Assembly: GCA_963726755.1 (NCBI GenBank)
Contig: CAVSDB010000001.1
Location: 429,127 to 493,126, forward strand
Direction: 5' to 3'
Source of the DNA: an uncultured Actinomycetota bacterium
GTDB taxonomy: Bacteria > Actinomycetota > Actinomycetes > JAHEKZ01
Length of the DNA: 64,000 nucleotides
Shown here: positions 33,557 to 44,067 of the stretch, in pieces
Layout of the letters: each line of letters opens with the position of its first letter
Numbering within the stretch: the first letter of the stretch is position 1
Made by a program: the position numbers and the translations under genes
Notes under the pieces: model-generated
The model's database searches: none
Told to the model about the DNA's origin: nothing
The model's input: only the letters and a program-made list of their open reading frames with translations

Positions 33557-34461
33557 GGGTCGAGATTAGTCCCGGGGCGAACGACGAGGACCGGACATCG
33601 GGAGTGTTGCAGCAACGAATGACTCGTGGAGCCGAGCACCAACCGCGAAAGCCCGCCGTGGCCGCGACTGCCAACGACGACTAACTCGGCGTTGCCGGAC
33701 ACCTCGGCCAGCACCTTGCTGGCATTGCCATGTTCGAAGTGTTCCTCGACTGCGACGTCGGGGAACTGCTCACGCAACCCCGCGACCGTCTCTGCCATAT
33801 CGAGTCGCTCCTCGTCCATCGCGCCGTCCGTCAACGCGTTGGGCAGCGTCATGCCTGCTGGATCGATGGTCGGTCCGTTCCAGATGTGCAGCAGCGTCAG
33901 GCCAATGCCCCGCAGTGACGCGGCCTCGAAGGCAGCCTGTGCAGCCTGAACCGACACCTCAGAGCCATCGATGCCGACGACGACGCGTGGGTCGTGGCCG
34001 TCGACCTCATGGGTGGTCGCGGTGTGGGGGACAACCGCAACGGGACACGGCGCGTGCGTGACGCACTGAATGCTGATGGAACCGAGGATCAGTTCGCTCA
34101 ATGCGTTCACGCCGTCTGTCCCGACGACGAGCATCGCGGCAGTTTCTGACGCTTCGACGAGAATGCTGGCAGGGGGACCTGCTTGAAGTTCGCCGACGAC
34201 CTCGATGTCGGGATGGCTGGCGCGGGCGCGTTCGACCGAGTGGTCTAGGACGTGTTGGGCAGCCTGCTGTAGTGCCGAGTCGTCCGGGGTCATGACTGCT
34301 GGCCCCATGGCGACAGGGGGAATGGGGACCGACCAAGCGTGGACCACACGGAGGGGAAGTTTGCGGAGCGACGCCTCGGTCGCTGCCCAATGCACGGCGG
34401 CCATGGCGGGATCGGAGCCGTCGATCCCCACGACGATTGACGGGCGAGTGACTGGGTTCAT
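33553..34461 (-). CDS. tandem-domain universal stress protein
   Basis: Two UspA domains (..IVVGIDGSDPAMAAVHWA.. and ..VVVGIDGSEVSVQAAQAAF.. with ..LVVVGSRGHGGLSRLVLGSTSHSLLQHSRCPVLVV). The start was set at MNPVTRP to avoid the tRNA. Confidence 0.75.
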   Translation of the reverse strand: MNPVTRPSIVVGIDGSDPAMAAVHWAATEASLRKLPLRVVHAWSVPIPPVAMGPAVMTPDDSALQQAAQHVLDHSVERARASHPDIEVVGELQAGPPASILVEASETAAMLVVGTDGVNALSELILGSISIQCVTHAPCPVAVVPHTATTHEVDGHDPRVVVGIDGSEVSVQAAQAAFEAASLRGIGLTLLHIWNGPTIDPAGMTLPNALTDGAMDEERLDMAETVAGLREQFPDVAVEEHFEHGNASKVLAEVSGNAELVVVGSRGHGGLSRLVLGSTSHSLLQHSRCPVLVVRPGTNLDP

Positions 34462-34539
34462 GAGCGCCTCCTCGACCTCATCCACGTCAATTTTCGCACG
34501 AACGGACCAGACCGGCCGGGCGAAAGGTCCTGAAGATAC

Positions 34540-34615
34540 TGGTGCCCCCGGTTGGAATCGAACCAACGGCCAACTGCTTAGAAGGCAGGCGCTCTATCCG
34601 CTGAGCTACGGGGGC
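34540..34615 (-). tRNA. tRNA-Arg (anticodon TCT)
   Basis: Reverse complement GCCCCCGTAGCTCAGCGGATAGAGCGCCTGCCTTCTAAGCAGTTGGCCGTTGGTTCGATTCCAACCGGGGGCACCA. Anticodon loop CTTCTAA; CCA encoded. Confidence 0.85.
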
Positions 34616-34682
34616 AAGGCGGACCAAGTGTAGGGGAGAATTTCTTCGCCGCTTGGGCGTAGGTTGGTGATTCAACCAAGGA

Positions 34683-36170
34683 GTGGACATGAGCGCTATG
34701 AATGCGGCACCAGTTGATGCGTTGATCGGTGGAAAGTGGGTAGCGGGGTCCGCTGGCACCTTCGAAGTGCTCTCCCCGCATTCGCGTGAGGTGGTCAACG
34801 TCGTCGCTCGCTGCGACCCCTCTGATGTGGACCTGGCAGTTGCGGCCGCGAGAGAGGCTCAGCCGGCGTGGGCCGGGCTCCCGATCATCGAACGCTCTAA
34901 GATTCTGCGCCGAATTCACCAACTGTTCCTGGAACGCGCCGAACCGATTGCGCAGATGCTTACCGCAGAGATCGGCAAGACGATTACCGATTCTCGCGAG
35001 GAGGTCTACGAGTACTCGGCACCGTCATACAACAAAGCCGCCGAAGAGATTCTCCGCCACCGAGGACTGTCACTTCCGTCGACGCAGGAGCAGACAACGA
35101 ACAAGCGACTCGTCCTTGGTCACCGTCCACTCGGGGTCGTCGGCGTCATCACTCCCTACAACTTCCCAACGGATATCGCCTCCATCGCGTTGGCTCACAT
35201 CATCGCGGCGGGAAACACCGCCGTGTGGAAGCCGTCGGAGTATGCGCCGGTGAGTTGCGCCATGGTTGCTCAGCTGTTTGAGGAGGCTGGCCTACCGCCA
35301 GGCGTGGTGAACGTGGTCCAGGGCCTCGGTGATGTTGGCGCCGCGATCGTCTCTCACGATGACGTTGACGGAATCTTCTTCACTGGGTCAACCAAGACTG
35401 GCGAACAGATTGCTCGCGCGGCTGCGCTCAAGCCGCACTTGCTTGAACTCGGTGGAGATGGTCCCTTCATCATCTTGGGCGATGCGGATGTTGATGCCGC
35501 CGTCGATGGCGCGATGAATGGCTGTTTCTACTACTCGGGCCAAGTGTGCACGTCGGCCGAGCGACTCCTGGTTCACGAGGATGTGTACGACGAGTTCGTT
35601 GCCAAGCTGAAGGCGAAGGCCGCCGAGTTGCGAATTGGCGACCCAGCCGATGAAGCCACTGAGATGGGGCCACTGTGCAATGACGCGACCCTCAAGCGGG
35701 TTGTCGAGCATGTCGCTGACGCACGCGAACGCGGGGCTGAGATCGTGCAGTTCGGACCCGAGGAGGAGCTGTACTTCCCGGCGACAATTCTGACCGGCGT
35801 GACTGAAGAGATGCTCATCATGCAGGAGGAGACCTTCGGCCCGGTCGCTCCCATCATGAAGATCTCGTCCGCTGAGCAGGCGATAGAAATTGCTAACCGC
35901 AGCGAGTTGGGTCTGATTGCGTCGCTGTGGACCCGTGACCTTGCCACTGCGTGGCGCGTTGGCGAAGCGCTGCCGCACGGCTCGGTGAACATCAACGAGA
36001 CCAGCAACTACTGGGACCAACTCGCACCGTTTGGTGGCACCGGCAAGAGCGGTGTGGGACGTGAGTTGTCGCAGTGGTTCCTGGAGTCCTTCACCGAGCG
36101 CAAGCTCTTGGTGTTCGACCTGGGTGACAGCGACGTGAAGTACAACCGCCGCGCTGAAGGTGGCTGGTAA
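34683..36170 (+). CDS. NAD(P)-dependent aldehyde dehydrogenase
   Basis: 495 aa. ..ELGGDGPFIIL.. and catalytic ..YYSGQVCTSAERLLV... Intact. Confidence 0.85.
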   Translation: MDMSAMNAAPVDALIGGKWVAGSAGTFEVLSPHSREVVNVVARCDPSDVDLAVAAAREAQPAWAGLPIIERSKILRRIHQLFLERAEPIAQMLTAEIGKTITDSREEVYEYSAPSYNKAAEEILRHRGLSLPSTQEQTTNKRLVLGHRPLGVVGVITPYNFPTDIASIALAHIIAAGNTAVWKPSEYAPVSCAMVAQLFEEAGLPPGVVNVVQGLGDVGAAIVSHDDVDGIFFTGSTKTGEQIARAAALKPHLLELGGDGPFIILGDADVDAAVDGAMNGCFYYSGQVCTSAERLLVHEDVYDEFVAKLKAKAAELRIGDPADEATEMGPLCNDATLKRVVEHVADARERGAEIVQFGPEEELYFPATILTGVTEEMLIMQEETFGPVAPIMKISSAEQAIEIANRSELGLIASLWTRDLATAWRVGEALPHGSVNINETSNYWDQLAPFGGTGKSGVGRELSQWFLESFTERKLLVFDLGDSDVKYNRRAEGGW

Positions 36171-36187
36171 GTCGCCGGGCGGTTGAT

Positions 36188-37846
36188 CTAGGGCAGAACC
36201 CTCAGGACCAGGGAACTGGGAGTGACCTCGCTGGAAGTAAGAACTTGCGTGCTCTTCGTCGTCTCGACTGCCGTCCAGCGGTTCTCGCCGGTGCCGGGGT
36301 GGGGCACAAATTCGGGGTAGTCGCTGCTGAACAATGCCAGGCAAAGGCTGTGCCCAGGTTGGACTCGGTAGCCAACGTGACCCATCTCGATGCTGACGGG
36401 AGCACGACCACTCGGATCGTGGAGCGTGGCCTGCCCACGTACGACTAGCCGCGCCGAGCCGTCCGGTGCAACATCGAACAGTTTGGCGAAGACATCCGTG
36501 GACGGAGCGGTGGACGAGACGGTTACCCGCAGTTCCACCGGGCCGGCCACATCGAGGGGGTTGGCGAACGCCGCAGACACAAAACTCAGCACGTCCGGCC
36601 GTTCGAGCATGCTGTGCTCGTCCGGGTACCAGCGCAGGAACGCGAACGAGTCCTCAACGGAGGAAGGCACCAGGTCGCCGGGATCGTGAACCCACGAAGC
36701 GACGTCGCCCTCAGCTGCGATTGCATCGCCGAGAACTCCGCGTCCCACCTGAGCATCAGACAGGTTGGACAGGAGAAGGAGCACCTCGGTCGCCTCTGGC
36801 GGTGGCCAGCTGGATGACTCCCGGTATCCGGCGTGACCGAGGTGCCACGAGACTTTGGGGATGGAGTCCTCGGAGCGGATCCCCTTGAGGAAGACGTCGA
36901 AGAAGTCGAGCGCCGGTGTCACGTATTTGACCATCAGTCGGTCTATTGCGGATTCACTCACGAGGTGGTCGTCCATGGGCTGGATCGGCGCATCTGACAG
37001 GTGGTAGTTCTCGTGATCCACCGAGTCCGCGGATAGGTACTGGTGCTTGGCCCAGTCGCTTCGATTCGAAAGTGTGCAGTAGTCGCGCATCGAGGGGATG
37101 AGGATGTTGTCGAACCAGCCAACAACATGCAGAACGGGCACTGGCGAGGCGTCGAAAGGGTGCCCGAACGGGAACGAGTCGATGGCCTGAGCCTTAGGCA
37201 CCAGCTTGTCGTAGAGGCGGGAACGTGCCCCGATGCGGACGAACGCCTCCTCGAAGATCGCGGTGATCGGTCGTCGGTCATAGTCCAACGGAAAGTCCTG
37301 GATCTCGTTGTCCACCCAGTAGTGCGCTAGGTAGTCAGCGGCCACCAACCAGGGCACATCCGACGTGGCTCCGTGGGTTGGCTCCCGGAACAGATCCGCA
37401 CTCGTCACCCGCGGGACGATCGCCTTCAATGCCGGATGCTCGGCACTGAGAGCAGCCCACTGCGTGAAGCCGTAGTACGAGTCACCGAACATCCCCACGA
37501 CTCCGTTGGACCATTGCTGCTGCGTGATCCACTCGATGGAGTCGTATCCGTCTTCGCACTCGTTCACCAAACCGACGGTCTCGCCGCCGGACCGGAACTT
37601 TCCGCGAACGTCCTGAACGACGACCGCGTAGCCACGAGATGTGAAGTGAGGTGCGACTCGGTCCATTAAGACGTATCGGCTGTCCTTGTCATAGGGGAGT
37701 CGGACCAAGACGGTCTCCACCGCTGTGTCTTCCGCCGGCAGGTACACATCTGACGCGATCGCGACACCGTCTCGCATGGGAACCATGTACTGCGTGGCGT
37801 TCGGAGGCACCGGCTCAGCCTTGACCCGAATCACATCTTCACCCAT
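36188..37846 (-). CDS. CocE/NonD-family hydrolase (S15 X-Pro dipeptidyl-peptidase fold)
   Basis: 552 aa. ..VLVRLPYDKDSRY...GYAVVVQDVRGKFRSGGE...GMFGDSYYGF.. is typical of the family. Confidence 0.75.
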   Translation of the reverse strand: MGEDVIRVKAEPVPPNATQYMVPMRDGVAIASDVYLPAEDTAVETVLVRLPYDKDSRYVLMDRVAPHFTSRGYAVVVQDVRGKFRSGGETVGLVNECEDGYDSIEWITQQQWSNGVVGMFGDSYYGFTQWAALSAEHPALKAIVPRVTSADLFREPTHGATSDVPWLVAADYLAHYWVDNEIQDFPLDYDRRPITAIFEEAFVRIGARSRLYDKLVPKAQAIDSFPFGHPFDASPVPVLHVVGWFDNILIPSMRDYCTLSNRSDWAKHQYLSADSVDHENYHLSDAPIQPMDDHLVSESAIDRLMVKYVTPALDFFDVFLKGIRSEDSIPKVSWHLGHAGYRESSSWPPPEATEVLLLLSNLSDAQVGRGVLGDAIAAEGDVASWVHDPGDLVPSSVEDSFAFLRWYPDEHSMLERPDVLSFVSAAFANPLDVAGPVELRVTVSSTAPSTDVFAKLFDVAPDGSARLVVRGQATLHDPSGRAPVSIEMGHVGYRVQPGHSLCLALFSSDYPEFVPHPGTGENRWTAVETTKSTQVLTSSEVTPSSLVLRVLP

Positions 37847-37867
37847 TCCGAACCTCCTGCGGTGAAT

Positions 37868-38488
37868 CTAACCAATGACGGCAGGAGCCAGACCCGATTC
37901 GGCGAGCAAGGCTTCGACCAAGGCGTCGTGTTCGCCCCGAACGAGGTCACCGATGGGGTCAGGGCTGTACTTCAACAAGTGGTCGGGGGACAGCGACATC
38001 GCCGCACGCATCGCGAGAAGGCGGCGCCGCTCCGGGTCGTGCTCGTCCCGGTAGACCAGCCGTCCGCAGCGCAAGCGTCGGGCTTGGCCGACGCGCAGTG
38101 GGATGTAGAGGACGAGCAGGATCAACGCCGGAATCGCGAACGTCAGCAGTCCGAGCGCAAGGGCGAGGCGGTGGATGGCGGTATCGCCGGTGAGCGCCAG
38201 CTCAACCACATTGCCGCCACTCGCGGAGCCAGCAGAGCGCAGTGCGCCTGCGATCTCGTCACCTACGACCGGGGTTCCGGAGAGTGCGTCCGCAGCAGCA
38301 CCGAAACTGTTCTGGAGAGCCGTTCCGGCGCTTTGGGCAGAGTCGGTAACCACGCTGAGGTTCTCGACGAGCCGGTAGACGCCTCGACCCAGCCACGCGA
38401 GGAAGATCAGAGCGAGCACGACCAAAACATCACGTGCGATCGTTGACCGCCGCTGTCTTGGTTCTGAGGGGTAGGGGGACCAGGACAC
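37868..38488 (-). CDS. hypothetical membrane protein
   Basis: 206 aa, two hydrophobic segments. No motif. Confidence 0.35.
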   Translation of the reverse strand: MSWSPYPSEPRQRRSTIARDVLVVLALIFLAWLGRGVYRLVENLSVVTDSAQSAGTALQNSFGAAADALSGTPVVGDEIAGALRSAGSASGGNVVELALTGDTAIHRLALALGLLTFAIPALILLVLYIPLRVGQARRLRCGRLVYRDEHDPERRRLLAMRAAMSLSPDHLLKYSPDPIGDLVRGEHDALVEALLAESGLAPAVIG

Positions 38489-38536
38489 GGCAGACCTCCA
38501 GCAGGTCGGGTTACGGCGGGACGATGACTGTTCTGG

Positions 38537-38902
38537 TCAAAGCGTGCCTGGCGCGACCTGGCAACTCGACGAGCGGGTCACGAAGTGCCGTTCGTCGCCT
38601 GCGGCTAGCGAGAACCCTTCCGGCGGGCCGTCGGCGACGTCGAGCAGGAACTGATCGTGACCCCATGCCTTATCGAGTTGGTAGTCGATGTAGAACGGGC
38701 AGCCGTCGATCTCACCGAGTAGCACGTCGCCGTCACCTACAAGGAACTCGCCGTCGGGGTAGCACATCGGTGTGCTTCCGGCACAACAACCGCCGGATTG
38801 TACGAACATCACTGAGCCCCCGACCGCGGCGCGCAGGCCGTTGATGGCACTGCGCGCCGCCGGGGTAGCCGTGATGCGGACCGGCTCAACCGTTTGAGAC
38901 AT
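38537..38902 (-). CDS. DUF779-domain protein (common partner of aldehyde dehydrogenases)
   Basis: ..VMFVQSGGCCAGSTPMCYPDGEFLVGDGDVLLGEIDGCPFYID.. It lies immediately downstream of the aldehyde dehydrogenase on the same strand. Confidence 0.7.
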   Translation of the reverse strand: MSQTVEPVRITATPAARSAINGLRAAVGGSVMFVQSGGCCAGSTPMCYPDGEFLVGDGDVLLGEIDGCPFYIDYQLDKAWGHDQFLLDVADGPPEGFSLAAGDERHFVTRSSSCQVAPGTL

Positions 38903-38908
38903 AGAGAC

Positions 38909-40429
38909 TCAGAACAGTCCGAGCGGCTTGGTGCTGTAACTGACGAGCAGGTTCTTCGTCTGGCTGTAGTGGTCGAGCATCATGCGGTGGTTCTCCCGCC
39001 CTATGCCGGAGATCTTGTAGCCGCCGAATGCCGCGCCTGCTGGGTACTCGTGGTAACAGTTCGTCCACACCCGACCCGCCTTGATCTTGCGACCCATCGT
39101 GTAGGCGCGTGAACCGTCACGTGTCCACACTCCGGCCCCGAGACCGTAGAGGGTGTCATTGGCAATCTCGAGTGCTTCGGCGTCGTCCTTGAAGGTGGTG
39201 ACGGCGAGCACCGGCCCGAAGATCTCCTCCTGGAACACGCGCATCTTGTTGTGTCCCTTGAGCACAGTCGGCTGGAAGTAGTACCCGTCGGCAAATTCGC
39301 CGCCGACCTGAGCACGTTCGCCGCCAATGAGCACCTCGGCACCTTCGTTCTTGCCAATCTCGACGTAGGACGTGATCTTCTCCAACTGCTGAGCAGATAC
39401 CTGAGCTCCAAGCTGGGTATCGGTGTCCAGTGGATTGCCCTGCTTGATGGCTGCGATGCGGCCAAGGGCACGTGCCATGAACTCGTCGTAGATGTCCTGC
39501 TGGATGAGTGCCCTTGACGGGGCCGTGCAAACCTCACCCTTGTTGAAGGCGTAGAGCACGAGACCCTCGACGGCCTTGTCTAGGAACTCATCATCGTGGG
39601 CCATCACGTCGCTGAAGAAGATGTTCGGCGACTTGCCGCCGAGTTCGACGGTTGACGGGATGAGGTTCTGTGCTGCGTACTGCATGATCAGCCTGCCGGT
39701 CACGGTCTCGCCGGTGAAGCCGATCTTGGCGATTCGTGAGTTCGTCGCGAGCGCTTTGCCGATCTCGGCACCTGGACCGTTGACGACGTTGATGACACCT
39801 GGTGGCAAGACGTCCTCGAGGATCTCCATGAGCTTGAGGATCGACCACGGAGTCGGCGATGCCGGCTTCATGACCGAGCAGTTGCCAGCCGCGAGCGCGG
39901 GTGCGAGCTTCCAGGCCGCCATGAGTAGTGGGAAGTTGAACGGGATGATCTGGCCGACGACGCCTAGGGGCTCGCGGAAGTGATACGCGATGAGATCTTT
40001 GTTGATCTCGGTCGAGCGACCTTCTTCGGAGCGAGCCGCAGCAGCGAAGTACCGGAAGTGATCCACGACTAGCGGCAGGTCAGCGCCCAGAGTCTCGCGG
40101 ACCGGCTTGCCGTTCTCCCAGCTTTCGGCGACAGCGAGCATCTCCTTGTTGGCGTCGATCGCGTCGGCGATGGCGTTGAGCACCGCGGAGCGTTCGGTGG
40201 CTGAGGCTTCGCCCCATGCATCCTTCGCGGCATGTGCTGCGTCCAGAGCCAACTCAATGTCAGCGGGAGTGGACTGTGCGATCTCGGCGATCGGGCGAGC
40301 GGTGGCTGGGCTCAGGTCTACTCGATACTTCCCATCTGTTGGTGCGAGCCACTTTCCCCCGATGAAGTTGTCATACCGAGGGTTGACAGTGACGATGCTT
40401 TCCGATTGACCGGGGGCGGCGTACTTCAT
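38909..40429 (-). CDS. aldehyde dehydrogenase (acetaldehyde dehydrogenase-like)
   Basis: 506 aa. ..[27 protein letters not shown].. and Cys ..[12 protein letters not shown]... Reasonable RBS (AAGGGAGAAC) upstream. Confidence 0.85.
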   Translation of the reverse strand: MKYAAPGQSESIVTVNPRYDNFIGGKWLAPTDGKYRVDLSPATARPIAEIAQSTPADIELALDAAHAAKDAWGEASATERSAVLNAIADAIDANKEMLAVAESWENGKPVRETLGADLPLVVDHFRYFAAAARSEEGRSTEINKDLIAYHFREPLGVVGQIIPFNFPLLMAAWKLAPALAAGNCSVMKPASPTPWSILKLMEILEDVLPPGVINVVNGPGAEIGKALATNSRIAKIGFTGETVTGRLIMQYAAQNLIPSTVELGGKSPNIFFSDVMAHDDEFLDKAVEGLVLYAFNKGEVCTAPSRALIQQDIYDEFMARALGRIAAIKQGNPLDTDTQLGAQVSAQQLEKITSYVEIGKNEGAEVLIGGERAQVGGEFADGYYFQPTVLKGHNKMRVFQEEIFGPVLAVTTFKDDAEALEIANDTLYGLGAGVWTRDGSRAYTMGRKIKAGRVWTNCYHEYPAGAAFGGYKISGIGRENHRMMLDHYSQTKNLLVSYSTKPLGLF

Positions 40430-40609
40430 GACGTTCTCCCTTGTTCCTGTAGGAATTGGGCCTCGTCGTAGACGGGGCGACCCCCGCGCGTGTGCCGATC
40501 GGCAGCGGCGCAGGGCGCCTAACCCCCATCAGACCCGAACAGTAGGGAGGAGGTGAGAGGCGAAGGTCCCCCTTGTTTGGAGGCGCCGCTCCGCTGGAAG
40601 AGTGTACGG

Positions 40610-41362
40610 CTAGCGATATTCGGGGTTTGGGTGGTCTGGGTCCTCGAGGTTCCAGTTGAACGTCACGTTGCCCTGGGCAGGAAGTCCGCCCGCGTCTTTG
40701 AGCGCTCGTGCGGTGTGCAGCAGATTCCATGCGGCGAACACGGTGTTGCGCGTTGTCCAGTGGTTCTGCGCTCCGCGGTTGTCGTCCAGATACGACGGAC
40801 CGGGACCAGCTTCCCCGTTCCAGTAGGAGTCTGACTGCGGTGGGATTGTGAAGCCGATGTGTTGCAAGGCGTACATCATCTGCGCGGCGCAGTGCTTGCC
40901 GCCGTCCTCGTTGCCAGTGATGAGCACGCCGCCGGCCTTGCCGTAGTACGACCACTGACCTTTGTCGTTGAGATCGCTCGACCAGCCGTAGAGGCGTTCG
41001 ATGATCAGGCGGGTCGTCGACGCTTGGTCGCCGAGCCAGATCGGTGTCGCGAGTACGACGATGTTGGCTGGCTCGATGAGGCTTCGGTAGATGTCCGGGA
41101 AGTCGTCGACTGGCCAGCCCTGCTCTCGCATGTCGGGGTAGACGCCGGGAGGAATGACGTGATCGACCGTGCGCACGACGTCAACCTTTGCGCCGACTCC
41201 AGCCATGATGTGCTGACTGATATCGATCAGCGCCTGAGTGTGGCTGATTTCAGGTGACCGCTTGAGGGTTCCGTTGATGAAGACGGCTCTCAGATCCGAG
41301 AAGTCGGTGGTGTTCGACGCGATCTCGGAGTCAATGAAGGCTTGGACTGAGGCGGGCAGCAT
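40610..41362 (-). CDS. flavodoxin-like fold NAD(P)H-dependent oxidoreductase (FMN reductase-like)
   Basis: 250 aa. ..IVVLATPIWLGDQASTTRLIIERL.. pattern. Confidence 0.6.
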   Translation of the reverse strand: MLPASVQAFIDSEIASNTTDFSDLRAVFINGTLKRSPEISHTQALIDISQHIMAGVGAKVDVVRTVDHVIPPGVYPDMREQGWPVDDFPDIYRSLIEPANIVVLATPIWLGDQASTTRLIIERLYGWSSDLNDKGQWSYYGKAGGVLITGNEDGGKHCAAQMMYALQHIGFTIPPQSDSYWNGEAGPGPSYLDDNRGAQNHWTTRNTVFAAWNLLHTARALKDAGGLPAQGNVTFNWNLEDPDHPNPEYR

Positions 41363-41416
41363 GGCTGCTCCCTTCGGGAGGCGACGCTGCAGTCTAGAAC
41401 TCAGCGAACATCGGCG

Positions 41417-42407
41417 TCAGACTGCAGATCTCCGGGCCAGAGCCGTACGGACGCGTGAGACGACATAATCGGGCCGTTCGACAAGGTCATGCCAGGTCAC
41501 TGCTAGGACGATCCAACCTGCCAGTTGCAGGTCGATGGCCTTCGCGTCGTCCGCGCGACGACGTTCAGGCGTTCGGTGGTAGGCCCACCCTTGTACCTCG
41601 ATCGCAACTTTCTCTTGGACGAAGGCGAGATCAACTTTGTGCGCGCGATCGGCCGTCTCAATCACGTGATTGGCAACGAACCATCCGAGGCCAGCGGCCT
41701 GCAGAATCCGATGACAAAGGCGCTCGGCCTCGGACGCAGCCAAGTCGGCGGCGCTTGCCGACCAGACGTCGAGCCTGTCGCGAGCCCCTGCGCGTCGAGG
41801 CCTCGACGGCAGCTGTCAGCGAAGGTAGGTCAATGACCTCGAGCACCAACAAGCGGTCGATCAGTTCCTGCGCCTTGGTGAGCGGAAGTTCGTGCGCGAG
41901 GTCGGCAGCGGTGCGCAGTCGCGTCGTGACCGGGAGCCCGCCGACTTTGGTGACATCTGACGTCGGTAACTCCAGGCGAGCGAGGCGAAGTTTGGCGACC
42001 GGCCACCTTCGCCGCGTGTCGGTCGGAAGTGCGACCACGATCGGCCACGTTTGCGGGAGCCATCCTCGGAGTGCGGCAGCGGACGTGCCCATGACTGCGC
42101 CGTCTGGACCGGCCGATAGGACTCCCGCCCACGCCCAGGTGAGCCACGTGATCGGCGCTGCGTTCGCAACGTAGATCGAGGTGAGTACCCGCGACCACGC
42201 GGCAGATGCCAGCCGTCCGTCGATCTGGCGCGCGGAGAAGCCAAACGAGAGGGCTTGGCTCCTAGTGAATGCTCCGGCCTGCCGGCGTGCCCGAGCTTGT
42301 AGTGCCGCCTCGGGACCTGGTCTGGTGCTCACGCGTGCCAGGCGTCGCGGCAACGCTGGCAAAGGCGTGGCCGTGACGCGGGATCTGTGGACGAATGCAG
42401 CGTCCAC
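41417..42407 (-). CDS. DUF559-domain protein (endonuclease-like), apparent frameshift near 41700-41745
   Basis: The N-terminal piece ..GAFTRSQALSFGFSARQIDGRLASAAWSRVL.. and the C-terminal piece ..KVDLAFVQEKVAIEVQGWAYHRTPERRRADDAKAIDLQLAGWIVLAVTWHDLVERPDYVVSRVRTAL lie in different frames. Confidence 0.6.
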
Positions 42408-42491
42408 CGCCCCAGCGCCGCCAACTTTGGAAACGTGCCTACCTCTCAGGTGGGTACGTTTCCAAAGTTGACGTCCCGAGCTGGCTGAGTT

Positions 42492-43982
42492 CTAGGGACG
42501 CACCACGCGGAACAGGCTCATGTCCTTGCTGATCGCGCCACGCACGTGTCCGTACGGTGCCGCCGCCGTCTTCCGCAAGAAGTCGACCGTCTCGGTGTTG
42601 ACGACCTCGCCAGGGAGCAAGTTCGGGATCCCCGGCGGATAGGCCGCAACTGCGTCGGCTGAAACTCGTCCGACGGCGTTGGCTGCGCTGACGATCTCGG
42701 TTTCAGCAAAGTACGCATCGCGGACCGAAGTTGCTCGCTCACCAGGAGTTGGCAACTCGATGTGTGCGGTGCTGTCGACGCCATCGGCTGGCAGGCGGTG
42801 CATTGCATCGAGCAGTCGATCAACGTCCGGAACCGCACCGGCGCCGACAACCGCGACCAGAACAGCGTCGGTCGACATTTCGAGGTGAATGTTGTGCTCG
42901 GTGAAGAGCAGGTGACGAGCCTCGTGGCCACTGATGCCGCCGGCGCGAGTGTCCATGACAACCCGCAGTGGGTCGAGGGACATGACGTCGTCGAAGGCGA
43001 GCATGCGCTCGTCGATCGAGCCGTAGCGACCTTCGGCTGCTAGGCGGCCGCGAATCTTGTCGACGCAGCCGAGGCTCGCGGTGATGGCTGTCGCACCGTT
43101 GACGGCCATCTGCTTGCGGGCTTGATCCAGCGACGCCATAAGCAGAGCGGACGAGGACGTTGACTGCATCGACCTGAACGAACGCTCGATGAGTGGCTCG
43201 AGACGGTCGGCGAATTCGCCGTGACCGAGGTGCAGCATCGCCGACTGGGTAAGGGATCCCGCAAGTTTGTGCGTCGACGAGATGACCAGGTCGGCGCCTA
43301 GGCGAAGTGCGTTTTGTGGCAGCTCGGGGTGGAAACCAAAGTGCGCGCCCCACGCTTCGTCAACGACGAGTGGCACGCCGTGCATGTGCGCGACCTTCGC
43401 GAGCCCAGCGACATCTGCGACGGCGCCGAAGTACGACGGGGTCACTACGTAGGCGGCGGCAGCGTTCGGGTTAGCGAAGAGGGCGGTGTCTAGAGCTTCT
43501 GGCGTTACACCGTGCGCGATGCCGTACTCCGCGTCAACGCTGGGGTAAACGAACGACGCGTCGAGGCCCGCGAGGGCGAGTCCGTCAATGACGGACGAGT
43601 GGACGCTGCGCTGCAGCACGATTTGTGTACCGAGTCCGCGGACTGCGAGGCAGGCAACGAGGTTGCCCTTGCTTGCGCCGTTGGTGAGGAACCAAGTGCG
43701 TCGCGCACCCCACGCTTGCGCGGCTAGGTATGCCGACTGACTCAGCGGAGTTGGTGCGTCACCGAAGTCGATGCCGTGGGTCAGCGGCGGGATGTCGAGC
43801 CGAACTGCCTGCTCGCCAAGAAACTCGATGAGCCCGGGCTGGGCATCGTGCGATGCCTGGTGACCGGGGACGCCAAGCCGAAGGATGTCGGTGTTGGCGT
43901 TCGCCTCGAGTGCGTCGCTGTACGGCGTGCAGGTTTGGTCGAGGCCGGGGATGTTGGCCGCCAAGGAGTCGTGAGGGGTCAT
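42492..43982 (-). CDS. PLP-dependent Orn/Lys/Arg decarboxylase-family enzyme
   Basis: ..VISSTHKLAGSLTQSAML.. (PLP-lysine region). About 497 aa from MTPHDSLAANIPG. Confidence 0.75.
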   Translation of the reverse strand: MTPHDSLAANIPGLDQTCTPYSDALEANANTDILRLGVPGHQASHDAQPGLIEFLGEQAVRLDIPPLTHGIDFGDAPTPLSQSAYLAAQAWGARRTWFLTNGASKGNLVACLAVRGLGTQIVLQRSVHSSVIDGLALAGLDASFVYPSVDAEYGIAHGVTPEALDTALFANPNAAAAYVVTPSYFGAVADVAGLAKVAHMHGVPLVVDEAWGAHFGFHPELPQNALRLGADLVISSTHKLAGSLTQSAMLHLGHGEFADRLEPLIERSFRSMQSTSSSALLMASLDQARKQMAVNGATAITASLGCVDKIRGRLAAEGRYGSIDERMLAFDDVMSLDPLRVVMDTRAGGISGHEARHLLFTEHNIHLEMSTDAVLVAVVGAGAVPDVDRLLDAMHRLPADGVDSTAHIELPTPGERATSVRDAYFAETEIVSAANAVGRVSADAVAAYPPGIPNLLPGEVVNTETVDFLRKTAAAPYGHVRGAISKDMSLFRVVRP

Positions 43983-44067
43983 AGGTATAAGAGTCGACGA
44001 TTTAAGAAGCAAAGACAAGGGGGTGACTATCTGCCTCCGCTCAATACTGGGTATGTAGCATAGACGC

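Noticed and set aside
26600-34700. Genomic island or prophage integrated at one of the three tRNA genes
   Set aside because: There is no integrase, phage or IS gene, no tRNA 3'-end direct repeat seen, and GC is unremarkable. The flanking genes are conserved housekeeping genes in Mycobacterium-like synteny.
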